From: Spironucleus salmonicida
Taxonomy: Eukaryota
Length of the DNA stretch: 64,000 bases
Reading direction: 5' to 3'
Assembly (NCBI RefSeq): GCF_000497125.1
Contig: NC_090596.1
Location: forward strand, 1,116,001-1,180,000
Shown here piece after piece: positions 26,194 to 40,561 of the stretch (position 1 is the stretch's first letter; every line of letters starts with the position of its first letter). Made by a program: the position numbers and the translations under genes. The notes below the pieces were generated by a model. It made no database searches. It was given only the letters and a program-made list of their open reading frames with translations, and was not told where the DNA came from.

Positions 26194-29100
26194 ATGTCAG
26201 AACCCAGTTTGTCGGAAATTGCGAACGCCAAACTGGCCTCTGCAACACGCTTGACGGCGAACACGCGCACTTCCTCGCGGTTGCGCTAGCTCCCTCAACC
26301 CATGTCGTAACTGAAGGACCAACTGGCAGCGAAGGACTCCGTATCAGCCTACACGCGTTTTTTCGGTTAAAAGCCGCTAAACGACCATTTCTGCGCAGTA
26401 TTCGATGAAAATGGCATTCTAGGCTTCGAAACTGCCGCAGGTACTGTGGAGCTGTACCTGAATGCCGCAGCTGCAGCACTCACGCAGGTGGACATCTACG
26501 ATACGTCTGCCGCGCAGACCTTGTAACAGGTTATCGCCTATTTTGCAGCGCAGCTGCGTGCCATGTATAGCCAGAAGCTGGTTTTTGAGCAAAGCATCGA
26601 TGGTCTCGTACGCGGGAATGAGGCGCTTCAGCTCCAGCTACATGAAGCCAATACGGCCAACTTGCAACTTCAGAGCGCATTAAAAGAACTCAAAACCGGC
26701 AAAATTAACGCGGAAATAGAGTTCGACCGGATGAATATCGACTACGTAGCGATGCAGAAGGAGATGGAGCGAAACGGGACTTACCAGACGTCGCTTACAG
26801 CGTAAATACAGCAGTATCAAGCGGAGCTAGAAGCCACACGGTCCACTAACTCGCATGCGACGAAGCAGAACAACTACTACCACACGGAGCTGAACGACCT
26901 ACGGACGCGCTACGAGCAACTACTTATCACACACGAATACGTCTATAAGACGAACCAACAAAACGAGCAGGATCTGGGCGATGCGCGCCTGCAGATATCG
27001 CTCCTGAGCGAGTCCCAAATCGGCGACAGGCTGCGCATCGACGCGCTGCTGCGCGAGCACAACGAGGAGCTCAACTGCCTGCACAAGGAGAACACGAGCC
27101 TCATAATGCAGTCGCAGCTCGCCGAAACTGACGCGCTGCAGAAGGAGCGGCAGCAGCTCATTTTGTATAATCTGAAGCAGAGGGAGCTGGCGGACGTCAA
27201 TGCAAGCAAATAGCAGCAGCTGATCAAGCACATCGAGACGCAGCGCTCCCTGGCGAATCTGGGCCAGCGGCCGTCCGCAAACGTCAGAAATAGCTCCGTA
27301 TCGCGCTATTCGAGCGACTAAGAGGAATACGAAATCGAGGAAGAATGCGAAATCGACGCGGAAGGAAATGTGCTAATCCGACAGAAAAAACGGAAAAGGA
27401 ACGGAAAATGTACTCAATTTTCGAGGCCCAAAAAGCAGAATTTGATGCAATCTAGGACCTGCAGCCAGGCGAATTTGGGCGCGGAATTTGATGGTAGTGA
27501 GGGGGCGTTTTCGTCGGTCGCAACGCAGACGAATTTAACGCTAAAAGACGTGAATTTGCTGCTCAAAATTCGCTAAAACTTCGAAAAACTCGTCCCGGAC
27601 GCGAAGCAGCGCGCGAAGGTCCTGGGGGTGCAAATTAGGGGCGAAATGGGCCAGTCAGGGTCGCTCCAGAGCCTAATGAGCAAAAAGGAGCGGTAGAAGA
27701 AATAGGAAGTGGATTACGAGCAGAAAAGGGCGAACCTGAAATAAGCGATTGGGAACGCTCAAATTCAGCGCGGGAACTATCAGCAGCAGCTCACGGCTCT
27801 GCAAAAGTGGATGGAGGCGAATCCGGACAAGATTAGCGAGGAGGCGATTAGGCAAATGGAGGATTTGAAAATGAGTCTAATTAACACAAATCACGACATC
27901 GAAGTGCTGCAGGGCGAGTACAAATACGTCAAAAAGCAGGAAATCGAGGCGCGGCTGGAAAACGGCGATTCAGGCTCCGAGGAATCGGACAAAACGCACG
28001 AAGACGGGTATAGAATCAGCAAAAATTCAACATTTTAAGACCAATATGGATACAAAACGCAGGCGGTAAAATAGGGTACCGTTTAAAAATCATATATTAC
28101 AAGGGAAATTAATGCGTATCAAAAAGTTAATATAGATGGATAGTTTAATATGGAAATAGATGGTATGTAGGAGTCTAACTATATTGATGATAGGAATATT
28201 TAAATGAAGAATTTTATCTTAAATTAGAAGGAATTACCTCTAATCAAAGGAGTATACAAAAATTTGGCGAAGATCGAAGAAGATAGAGTCAGATATCTTA
28301 AAGAATTGCAAACTAACCTCCGGCAATCGTAAAAATAACAAAAATTATAAGCTTATTAATTGAAATAATAAGCATAAAATATATTAAAGAACCATCTTTT
28401 AAATTCAAAACGAGGAAAATCCAATATCACTGGTTTAGTCGTTAAAACAGAAGAGGATATTCGAAACGGTAAAAAATTGTATTAATAGAACTAAAATCAC
28501 GATTTTGAAAATCCATTTAAGCAAATTTTACGTAATCGTAAAAAATAATAAATCTAGTAAGAATTATAAACTAAAATTACAATGGATAATTTACGAAAAT
28601 TCAGAAATAAAGATATTGAAACACAAGATAATTTCGAGAAGAAATTATTTAGCTTAATTGCAAAAATTAAAAATCGAAAGAATACAGAAAGTTCGATAGA
28701 AAAATAGGACCCTGAGGAAACATCATCATCAGACTATTATGATTCAGAGCATTCTTCTGAAATTGATGCATCAGCTAATACAAATTAAGACGACAAAATA
28801 GATGAATCTACTCCTTATAATTTACTGCTTGGAGGCTCTTTACCTGCAGATGTTATACTTGCACCAGAAACCATATTATAATCTTCTACGACATCGCCAA
28901 TTCATTAAAATTTTGGAATTGCTTAGTCTCATTCTCCAAATAAACACCGCTTTGTTGCATCATCGCTTTTAGCGCTATAAAATGCATCGCCCTAATTCGA
29001 GAAAGCTATTTTTTCAACGTCAAAAACTTCAGTTTTCATGTATAAGAATTTATTTTCTTTCTTTGAAGATTTTGACTCTTTGAACACAAATTTAACATTA

Positions 29101-30183
29101 GACTCCGAATTTTCTGATATTATAATAGACGAAATATCAGCACTTTTTTATAAAATTATTAAGCCTTCTGCAAGCTCGAAACATCTTCTTTAAGAAAATA
29201 CAAAAATAGTTAAGATTGAATTTCATGAAGATTTTGATTCTATTTTCAATGATTTTAAGCTATAGAAGATAGTTACTAATGGGAAAACATACGCTCTTAT
29301 GCCTTATAACATATAATTAAAATCTTTGACATGGATTCTCAATCTTACAAAATAAATTATTGAATTTATTTTTGATGATTTCGCTTCTAAAGCTTTCAAA
29401 TTCATGACAAATCCTAACTAATAGTATAATACTTAGGGGTTAATATTAAATTTTGTATAAACAACTTATGGGCTTGAAATTTTATCCTAAAATATTGTTT
29501 TACATTTAATATCTAATTTAATTTCCCACAGGAAAAATAGTTCTAAAATTGAACTGTTATATCTTCTATTAACGAATAAAATTAGTATTCTGCAACTCCA
29601 GTTCCTTTCATTCCTTTAGAACTTAAATATAACATCTCTTACAAAACAGGATTTTTAGTCTCTTATACTTGTAGTATTTAGTGGTATTTCCATATAAAAT
29701 AATGATATATTATTGTTAAATTTCGATAAAAACTAGAAAGATAATGTTTTATAAAACGATTAGGTTTCTTTATTATTTTTACGATTCTTCTCACTTTAAA
29801 ATGTTCGTAAAAACATTAAGATGGTATCATTTTTTCCAGAATTTTAACGATTTACAGAAAGTTAAAAGAAGGGGTTTTAAGCCTTAATCGCTCCGTTTTT
29901 ACCATACCAAAAAATAAATGTTGTTGAAGAATTTTTATCGATTTTTGCATTCTCAGCAAAGCTGGATAAACTAGGTAATGCTGAACTTGTAGGACTATCA
30001 GAAGTTATATTAAAATAAATTTCAGAAGCACTTAGTGCTCAGAAAATGGAAAAAACTGCAAAACGGGCATTTATAAGATTAATTCGCAGCGTTCGCGCAA
30101 TTACTGAAGCACGTGAGGGTGTACGAGCCTGGGCATGCTGTAATTAGCTAATATGGCGTTGGTAGGAAGGAGTTATTAAGTGA
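26194..30183 (+). CDS. Large coiled-coil protein, 1329 aa
   Basis: Single frame containing track ORFs 26563, 27370 and 27811; N-terminal coiled coil, helical C-terminal domain; stop in AGTGA. Confidence 0.85.
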
Positions 30184-30501
30184 TTTTCAAGTTTAATATA
30201 CCTATTATTTATATAAAAATTAACTAACCTATCTATTTTTTCTAAGATTTAGTTATTTAACGAGATCAAGTTAGATATTTAACCATTTTATACTGATTTA
30301 AACCATAATAATCGACAATTCAATTTAACAATAATTTTTTAACTGTCTCAACTTATATTATTTTAAATATAATTTCAATAGGTTTGTAACTAATTTAATT
30401 TTAATCACATCATCTAAAAAATTATTCCTTTTACAAAGTTTCACCATACTAACTTATTCAATTCATTTTTTATATTACCGTCAAAATTGCAAATAAAACC
30501 C

Positions 30502-31272
30502 TCACATGAACACCGTACTGCCGAGCCAGTAAATCTCCTTCTGTTCAGCGATGCTGACAACGATTTTCTCGCAGCAGAAGCACACGCTCTGTGGAACACC
30601 GGGCAGGTTAACCACTGCCGTTGGGACACCGTATCTGCTGATAACTTACAAGAATCCGCCTTCGCTGATACCCTCGCAAACTGCCAGAATGGATCCTGCC
30701 GGCCCAGTACAAATATCTACAATTCGGCTGCAACCGAAAAGATTTTTTGCCCAAATTACTGGTTCATACCCTGGTCTGAGGCAGAATATCACGTTGTCCT
30801 GGGAGCAAGCTGCAAAGATTGATTCATGGTTTGTGGTCAGAGCTGTGATACCGCGTATTTCTGCCAGTTTTTGGAGGAACTTATCTGACGAAAGCGAGTA
30901 AATTCCAGTTTAATCGGAAATATATAGGTATCCATTCAGACCGGTAATTGAAAGTGGGAAGTGTAAGCCAGAATCTGGCTCTAGGAGGGCGTTCGATGTT
31001 CGTTTTTCGATAAAAAGGACGTTGTTCCAGGTGACATCGACGATAAAAAGCCTCTCATTGAGTGTGTAGCAGTCTGTTGGCTATCCTTTGGTTGATCCAA
31101 CTAATTCTATGTTTGTGGTGTGAAAATCGTACTTTTGGATTGTTCCATTAATTGACATAATATTGATTGATTCATCTTCACATGCTCTAATACGCACTGG
31201 TTAGTTTGGACAGGTAAATAAAAGCTGAAATTGATGGTTGTGTGTAGGAGGCGAAGCAGTGAAAACGTTCAT
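30502..31272 (-). CDS. Probable beta-propeller protein (NHL/SGL-like), 256 aa
   Basis: GQPTDCYTLNERLFIVDVTWNNV and LHFPLSITGLNGYLYISDQTGI resemble NHL blade motifs. Confidence 0.7.
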
Positions 31273-31874
31273 TCTCAAAATGCGGAAAGCTATTTATTTT
31301 AGTATAATATATAAAATACATAATGAATTGAAAATCGTCCTTTAATAGTTTTGTCTTGAACATTAGTAAAATAAACTACTAATTTTAAGTAGAACTGATA
31401 ATAATTTTAAGCATAAGAAATAATAGTGTTTAGTAAAAAGTTATTAATATAAATGAGTTTTAAGATATTAGTTATTACACAGTGACTAATTGGTCTCTAA
31501 TATTTTTTTAATAATTAACTTTTATACAATAACAAAAAAAGTAATAATAGAGAATATTTATATCAGTCTAAGTACACCAAATTATGAAATATACTAAGGA
31601 ATATCATTGTTGTCTTTATATCATAGTATAATATTAGTTTTAATTAATTAAAATTAAAAACTAAATATTATAACATTTTCGACAAATCATGGTAGAAGCT
31701 TGTATAGGGAGGCAACATAATTTTTCATAGACCTATAAACAAGGAGTTATTTATACTTATTAAAAAGTTAAATATTATTCATTATACTAGTATATTCGTT
31801 TTCCACTAAAATTGATGGTTTCAATTTAAGAAATTAAGCAAATAATATATATAATAACTAGATAGACTTTCAAA

Positions 31875-33995
31875 ATGAACAGTAATAAAATAAGATCTAT
31901 TGGACTTAATTGTACATTTAACCAAATCATGTAGATATTTGGTGTTGATACAGCTATGTTTTTCTAATACTATTTTATATTTATCATTCTTTTGTCAATA
32001 TAATTTGTATGTCTTATTCCTTTTTTGATTATTTATCTAAATTATGATTTGTCTAAAATAAATTTTAATAGACAGCATAATGAATATATAATACTATATG
32101 ATGTTGCAACTGGGTCATTATCATCATTTTATTGGTGTGTTATTCTTTTTATGAATATACTTTACTTTTTTTTTATCAAAAGACTACATCTGAAAATTCT
32201 TCATCATGATGACTTACTATATAGAATAGAAGATTATTCGGTAATTATTCATAATATCCCAAAAAACTTATCATCATTTGATATATGTTAGTAACTAGAA
32301 AATATTATAGAATAAAATTCTATAGTAACTACATTACGTGTCGAAGATCCTTCAATTTTAAGATAGAGATAAAATTACTTCGAATTATAAAAGAAATACT
32401 ATGATGACCTTTAATATAATAAATAAAATATATTTAACAGTTCAAGGCTTTAAAAATTTATAATGAGATTATCGGATAAGCACAAAATGTTTATTAAATT
32501 ATAAAAGCTTAGAATCTAAAAAGATGCACTATATTATGATACAAAATTATTGAAATTGCGAGATAAAATAAATAAGAAGGTTGCTAAAAATTTAAGCGAA
32601 AAAGAAGGTATCGTTATTGTTTTTAATACTGTACAACAAAAGTAATATTGTTTAGCTTTAAAAAAACTTAAAATAAATGATGATTGGGTTAAAATTAAAA
32701 AATCTTATAGTCCAGATGATATTATTTATCCGAATATATCCATTACAAATAGATATAAAAAACGTCAATCTATACTTGCATATTTTATTTTAATAATAAT
32801 ATCAGGATTTTTGTTTATAACAATTAAGTTGGCAAGAGACAAACAGTATAATTATATTACCGCACAACGAAGCTTGTTTATGCGTACAATAGTTAACGGT
32901 CTTACTATTTTTGGAATAGTACAAATACCAGTTGGTTTTCGACCACTAGTTACATATTTAGCGGAATAAGAACGTCATGCATCTTATTCAGGGTTTTTGA
33001 AATCTAAATTTGTTAAATATTATATCTTTACAATGTTTAATAAATTATCAATTTTGTACTATAGAGGTTTTGCAGATCTTATTAGTGTTGAATAAGAGAA
33101 TGTTGATCCTTATGAATAATTAAGAGGTTATTTCGGTATTTTTTCGAAATCTCGCAGTTGGAGATTTGGTCCTAATACCCCAGGCCGAGATTTAATACTT
33201 ATTATGATTTCGTATATTTATGGATATAATTTTGTATTATGGTTAATATTTTAAATATCTTTATGGGTATAAAAAATATAAAACTAACATATAACAGGAA
33301 TATCTGTCTAAATATCTTAAGTATATGTAAACAATTTTGTTGTATTTACTTTAGTATAATGCTACGCATTTTAATAGCCTTTGATGATTCCATTCGCAAT
33401 AATTTATTATATAACAAATTATTACTTAGTCAAATATTACCAAGTTTATTATGGTAAAATTCTCCCAGATACTAATAAATTGACAATTACCGCTTAATTT
33501 ACCAGCATATCTATAACATGTGGCTCATTTATTGCTTTGATATAATTTAATTTTGGAGAAGTAATATTTTTATGGCTCATCCTAATGTTACTATGCTGTA
33601 TCATGTCATATATTAGTTATTCAGATTGGTTCAATAAATTTATAAGTAAATATATGAAGTCTACGTTTACTGATGATTAATATATCCTAAAACATAACCC
33701 ACCATATCATCAAGTTGAATTTGACAAATATTATTAGTTACCTGAACAGTTACACAAACAATATTTATAGAATATGCAATCTATTATAATCCATACCAAA
33801 TATTAAATAGCAAAAGAAATTGAAAGAACATTCTATAGCTATAGAACTATTGAATGGTCAAAAAATTAATATAACCCTTAATATAATCTCCATAAGAGGG
33901 ATATTTCAATTTTAGTATCAACATAAGCAGAACTTACAGATATAGTAACTTCGACAGATACACATGTTGACTAAGAGAAGATAGCCGAAAAGTGA
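31875..33995 (+). CDS. CSC1/OSCA/TMEM63-like membrane channel, about 706 aa (start uncertain)
   Basis: IFGVDTAMFFQY, YSVIIHNIPKNL, SPDDIIYPNI and EQERHASYS..KSKFVKYYIF match RSN1_TM/CSC1 family motifs; many TM segments. Confidence 0.8.
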
Positions 33996-34230
33996 GCATA
34001 TATTATTCATAAATTCACAAAAATAATGTGATTTAGCATATATTTAAATATTTTGAATTATTCCAACAACGATACTCTAAATAATCATAATTCCATCCTC
34101 CATTCTTTCAGCATCATTTTACCTATAATTATATATAATATTAGTATTATTAGCTTTATTTTTTCTGCTTAAAATTTTCCTATTAATTCTATTTAAATAT
34201 ATAATAACCAAATTTTCAATTTCCACACTT

Positions 34231-35457
34231 ATGGGATGCAGCCCGGCCCAGTAGTTGGTACACCCAACGTCAACAAGCGGCCTGGAGACCTACCAATACT
34301 CTGAAAACGTCATAACTCTCCCTACGAAGCTCCTAGCTTCCACCCCCTTTGCCTCGCTGTCGACTTTGGCGCAATGTCAGCACCCCGTAATCGAAGCGCT
34401 CGCTACTTTCGCCATCGCGCAGTTCGAGTCCGGGAGGAGCTCATTTTTCGTCCGGTTCGAGCCGACAATCGCGCCGCCGCAGCAGGAAAAGTTCGTCCAA
34501 ATCGCCCGGAAATCGCTCGAAATCGCGCTGCGCGGCACGTCAACGGGCCGCGTGCCGGGCATACATTTGTAAGGCTTGGAGCTCGTTTTCGCTCGCTGGC
34601 CATGCCAGTTCGCGCGCGATGCCAGCGACTTCGAGGCGCTGCTGGCCGCCGAAAAGCGCGACGTTTTCGCGATATATTTCGACCCGCACGCGCTGCCCCG
34701 CGCCGCCGTGGAGGCGTTCCTGGAACGGCTGCGGGGCGGGCGGTTCCTGCGCAAAACGACAGATTTCTGCGTCGTTTTCGTGCGCTTTCAGGCCGATTTG
34801 GTAGCCCAAATCGCAGGTTCCGGGCGCAGCGTCCTCAGCGAGGCCTTGGTGAGCGCGGAAATGCGCAGCGCGGAGGAGCAGGTTCTGCGCGCGCTGGCCG
34901 CTGGCATCCACAGCGTCCGGCTCCAAAAGCCTCTAGATGGCGCGTTTCTGGGCGTTTTGTCGCAGCTTCTCTCCATCTAGCACCTCGAAATGCGCGATTT
35001 TCGGCTTTCGGGGAGTGGGGAAAGGAGCGAAAACGGAGATAATATGCTAATCGAGCTCTCCTGGCATCCGGCAGACGAGAAGTACAAAAGCAGCTATTTG
35101 GAGCTTTACCAGTACATCTTGAAGCTGCTTCCGGCGAGGGAGCAGACGAGAATCCGGTAGCTTTACAATTTGGACATAGAGAGGCCCGTAGAAGTGGATT
35201 TTGCGTTCGTTTAGCAGGTCACAGCTGAGGCGGTTTAACAGTACCTTTTTAGTAATTAAAACATTATTGACGTCGGAACTAGCTAGTTCAACGCTGAGAA
35301 GATAGAGCTGTTTAAGACCACTATCCAGTAGGAGATAGAGAAGCAGTTGCTGGGAACTGATAAATGCGAGATTAGCGAAACTGCTGAAGGGGAAATTCAG
35401 CTGGTCATCTATAGGACCGATAAAAGCGGTGAATCTAAATTTAGTGGCCTTCTATGA
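34231..35457 (+). CDS. Hypothetical protein with an MGC start (possible dual acylation), 408 aa
   Basis: Joins track ORFs 34255 and 34576 in frame via TAR=Gln; strong GC3 bias. Confidence 0.8.
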
Positions 35458-35612
35458 GCTTTTGTAAAGTGTTATATAAGTTAAGGCAGTGCATCAGAAT
35501 AAAATAAAAATGCAAAAGTATTTACTTATTATTATACATATATAATATTATAATGGTATTTCTTTCAGAGATTAAATAAAATAATAAAATAATTATTAAT
35601 ATTTTTCTCCAG

Positions 35613-36647
35613 ATGGAAGATATAAAATACATAACCAAGCTACTCGCACATGCAACAGACGAACAGGAAACTGCCAACTTTCTTAATTCCCTGCTTGCTA
35701 TTTATACACGTCCTGCGAACAGATTAATTCCACGATTTTCGTACGATGAAGATATAGTCGATGCACTGGCACACCAGTATTTCCGATATACACTATCTAC
35801 AAGGCAAATGATACTAAAACTAGCAGTTTAACTCACTTCCTTGCAGGCAGAAAATCCTAATTTTACGTCGTTCATCGACCGCACTGCGCTACTTATGCAG
35901 ACATAGAACACAAACACGCTCCTCATGAAGCTTACTCTGCAGCTTCTTACAAACATTATATCAGAAATCTCGTATTTGGGTGAACTGGATGAGTTTATCC
36001 GGGAACTTCTGCCTGTCAAGAAGGGAGAGATCTAGGAATTAGTTTTTACGCTATTACAATAGTTGATTATTATACGTTAATATAAGTTTTTTGATTAGCT
36101 GGAAATTGAGTTTGAACAATACGATTTGCGGTTATTGTATGGATTTTTGTCTTAGTATATGATGATATATAACGTTGAAGTTGGTAATTTTATAAAAATT
36201 TTTGAAAAACATTATCAGCAAGAAGAAATAGGCAAATTCGGCTAAATTTGCATTTTAAGGGGATATTAAGTTAATATAGACAAAGATTGGTTGCTGTATT
36301 AGCTTTCAATTCCATATAAATCTGCAGACGAAACTAAGAATTTGCTTAGTTTATGTTTTTGCATATAATTCAATTAGGAAGATATGTAAATACTATATAA
36401 TAAATATTATATATGTAAAAACTTATTTTTGGATTTAATAGAGCATATTGTATCCGATATAATATTAAAAATTGATTATGAAACTGTATTTGAATGGATA
36501 GTTTACTGCGTGAGATCTTAGCCGAGCCTAAAAATATGTGTGCGTAATATTATCCAAAATCTAAAAAATGTAGACGAGATAATACGGATACTTGAAGAAG
36601 ATGACAGAATATTGGCAGACGAATTAGCGGCTTTAGAAATATACTGA
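35613..36647 (+). CDS. Hypothetical alpha-helical (ARM/HEAT-like) protein, 344 aa
   Basis: Extends track ORF 35613 through TAR codons to TGA at 36645. Confidence 0.75.
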
Positions 36648-37298
36648 GCTTAAAAATTCCGATTAATTAATTTATCAACACTTTATTTACTTATTAATTT
36701 GAAAAAACTTATAAGAAACTAACTTATTTAACTAAATTATTAATTTATGTAATCATTAAAGTAGTAAGAAAAGGGCTCAAGCAATATAAAATATTAATAT
36801 AAAAAAAGTAGTTTGTTTTTTATGTTTTTGTAAAACTAGTTTAATTATACTAAATATTATTTATAGTTTTGCTCTTCGTCAAAAATGCATACAACTGACA
36901 AAAATTATCACGAGATGAAAGATTTATCTGTAAATAGTTAATCTATAGGTAATTTATTAGATGAGCGCACACCCTATAAATTAAGCTCACTAAGATTGAA
37001 TTATAAATGTAAAATAAAAAAATCAAATACAATTAGCAAAATTTAATTTATTAATTCTTCGTAGCATGTTAGTGAAACTTCAGTTGAATAATCTTAGTGA
37101 ACTATTTTAATAATTTATATTATTTTATATAAACTAGTCTACGCAGCATTAAATAATTGTTGCGTTTGATTTAATTTATGATAAGTAAATTAAAACAACA
37201 ACTACATTTATTATCATTATTATTTAATATTAATTAATTTAAAAGTTTAATTATTTTCGTAGAATTAACGATTAAATTATATACTAAAATAATATTAC

Positions 37299-37913
37299 TC
37301 ATACAAGATTTTCATTAAGTCCAACGGCCTCTTGTCCACCTCTCTTTTCATAACTAATTGATGCACAAAAACTTATTAATCCTAAAGCAAGCTCTGATAT
37401 AATTTAAACGTAAGATAATCCTATAAAAATAGACAGTAACACATAGTATATTTAATTATTGACCATCTGCTTACCTGCATAAAATGCTAATCCAAAATTG
37501 CAAGCAAAAATAATTGCTCCATTGAAAAAATGTATAGTACCTAAAATTGCTTTTACTTATGCGATTGTCAATGTTTATTTCTTATTGAAATAATGAATAT
37601 TATTGTTTTTAACGCTTAATTACTTAAAAGATAAGAATATATATACATTTAGCAAGCAATACGTGATAGTAATTAATGTGAAGCTTGAAGTGAATGTTAA
37701 CAGTCCAACACTAACTAGTAGTGTTAAAAACGTACATATCATGGCAAACGGATAATGTAGTTTAAATGCACTCAAGCTGTTATTTTTTTCTTTAGCTAGA
37801 ACAACTGAATAGTGGATTATAATAGCTAGCAAGCCTACCGCAAAAATAGACTAAAAAATGATATTCTATTTTATTAGGTACGTAAAAATGTTCAGAAACC
37901 AGTTGCTCTGCAT
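37299..37913 (-). CDS. Multi-pass membrane protein, 204 aa
   Basis: Several hydrophobic segments; contains track ORF 37620..37832. Confidence 0.7.
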
Positions 37914-38063
37914 TTAGGGAGGTGCCAAAATAATTATTTAACATATTTAATATTTAAAATAATATAATTATTTTTATACTAATAATTTAAAAATTAAAAT
38001 AATTATTATCATCCCATGCTAATCACTTTATATATTCGTATTTTTAAAAAGAAACAAATCCCC

Positions 38064-39284
38064 TCATTCTGTCCGCCAGGCCCGCTTCGTCTTCAGATGG
38101 ATGCTAGGCCCTCTAGTGCTCAAAGTGCTGGAATTCCAGTCGTACGCTCCGGGACCCGGGACGCTGTCAGGCTTCCCGGTACGGTGCCGTTCGTGGAAAT
38201 AGACCCCCTGCTGGTTCAGGCTGCGATCGATATTGTAGCCACCAGGGCCCAGTTTCCCTGTTGTGCTGGTCGTCTTAGTCACCCTACTCTGTCTGTTAAA
38301 CTTGAACCCGCAGTTCGGCTGTTGCGTCAAAATCTGCTAATACTCGTTCCCAGCGGGCGTCCGGTCCCTCTCGAACCCAGAAAGCTTCTGTCCAATGCTG
38401 AATCGTGGGGCCGACCGCGCGCCGACAGAAACCGTTTCGTAGGTCCCAGGGCCCGGCACGACATCTGGGCGCCCGAACTGATGCTTAAACGACATAGAAT
38501 TCGTCTTCGGGTTTGGCTCAGTATACTCAAATTTCGAGTTGTAGGCCCCCGGTCCCGGGTTCGAGTTCCGGTCGCCCAGATAATGTTTGAAGCGCATTGA
38601 AAACTGCCGCCCGGGGGTCTCAGAGAGGCTCTAGTACTCGTTGGGGCCCGGGACGCCGTTCGCGTGTGCGATTGGAAGGTGCCCGACGCGCGGAATCTGC
38701 ACCGAAATAGACTTAGCCGTTGGTGGAAGTTCGTACGCGTTCGGTGCTGGGTTCTCGTTGGTGCGCTCGCTGCCCAGCTTAATTCCCATCGAAAAAGAAG
38801 GGGCCTGTGTGAAAACGGCGTTTGGATCGTACGCACCAGGGCCTGGATTCATGTTTTTAAGGTTTTCAGCTGGGCGCGACGTAAACGAGTACGCTGGAGC
38901 GGACTCCTGAATCGAATTAGGAGTGTAGTCAGCGGGGCTCGGACCCTGAAAATTCGTTTTTAGTGCGTACTTTGGTGCTATTGTTCTTATGGGCTATTGA
39001 TATTTGAGCTACTTGAATGCGTCGACTTCGTAGGTTCCAGGCCCGGGGACCGTGTTTTTAAATGGAGAATCATACTTAGAGCTCATGGAGAAATCAGGGG
39101 CGCGGGGCAGGATCTTCTCCGGCTTGTAAGCGTTCGGTGCCGGGTTCTTGTTAGATGGGCCCGATGGGTATTTGTTTTTGATTGAATAATCGGGATTATG
39201 TTATTTTAGTTTCGTGTAGTCCGGGTTGTAAATGTTTGGGGCCGGTTTGTACAGGTCAGACGTAAGGTCAGACTGAATTGACAT
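38064..39284 (-). CDS. SHIPPO/ODF3-repeat (sperm-tail PG-rich) axonemal protein, 406 aa
   Basis: About 12 PGPGxY/PAPNxY repeats; joins three track ORFs in one frame via TAG=Gln. Confidence 0.92.
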
Positions 39285-39344
39285 TAAGAAGTGTATTGCG
39301 CGAAAATAAATAAACTAATAATATGTATAAAATAATATATTTGC

Positions 39345-40208
39345 TCAGTCTTCTCTTTAAATTTTTTTCTTCGGTGACTTTGGTATCATCTCTTCCATCT
39401 CCTCAGTTTCTTCAGTAGCTTCTATTTTGTTAAAATCCTCATCGGAATCAGATTTCCAGATTTCTTCTTCTTACACATCATCTGCAATAATTTCCTTTAC
39501 TTCTTCAACATGTGTAACAACATTAGAAAATAATTCGTCGCTTTCTTCCTTTTGGCCAATAGTTTCTTATTGCTTATTTTCTTCAATGTCGTCTAATAAC
39601 GGGGCTGTAGGTGTTTCCTCTACAATATTTTCAACTTCGGCGACTTAATCAACTGGAGGCAAAACAAGATCCTCTTCCTTCTAAAAGGTATGAGATGTAA
39701 GTTGAGGTGCATCAAACTTTGGGGTTAATTTCATATTGTCATTATTGAATATAGAGTTCTCTACATTAGGAGTATTATCAGACTTGGGCAAAATAATTTT
39801 TGGAGAAATATTGGTCTTATTAATTTTCTTGAAAGATTAAGTAAAATCAAATTTTCCAGATTTTACATCAGAAAGTTTAGATTTTAATGTTTTTACTAGG
39901 TCTTACTAGTAATCCTTATCTTCGACAAGTTTTTAAACGTAGTGGAAGTTAGGTGAAATAAATTTGTCAAATAATATTTAAGCTCCATTGAAGTGAATTA
40001 AATATATCGAGAGTCCGAATTTTGACATATAAACTATAAAATTATCTCTTAAGAAAGGGAGCAATATCTCAACTAGTTCTAAAAGGCCAAAGATAACCCA
40101 AAATGCCAACCATTATGAGTCATCGTTAGTCTCTCTAGATACTAATGCCTTATTAGACTTATAAACTGCAATGACAATGCAATAAAGTACAGTAAGGTAT
40201 CGCAACAT
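39345..40208 (-). CDS. TB2/DP1/HVA22 (REEP/Yop1) family protein with an acidic tail, 287 aa
   Basis: VYKSNKALVSRETNDDSQWLAFWVIFGLLELVE...FNGAQILFDKFISP matches the HVA22 consensus. Confidence 0.88.
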
Positions 40209-40561
40209 TTAGAGTAGATGAAGTGGAAAGATTTTGACTATATTTATCAAAAATTTATATAATAAATGTCATCTTTAACACTGCTTAAGAAATATATATG
40301 CAAATATTATACATTTCTACTATATCTAAATCAAGTAATTTGTGCTGTATTTTATTTTATACTTTATATAGTATTAATAATTTTATTTAATATTTCTCCA
40401 TCTCACGAAAACTCATCTATCCACGATTGTTTATTTTTAATTATACAATTAATACATAAATATTATATATTTACTATCATAGATTATATGCTTCACCTTA
40501 TTTTCTAACAAATTACTTTATTATTATATATTTATATAAATATATTAGATTTTCTTCTATA

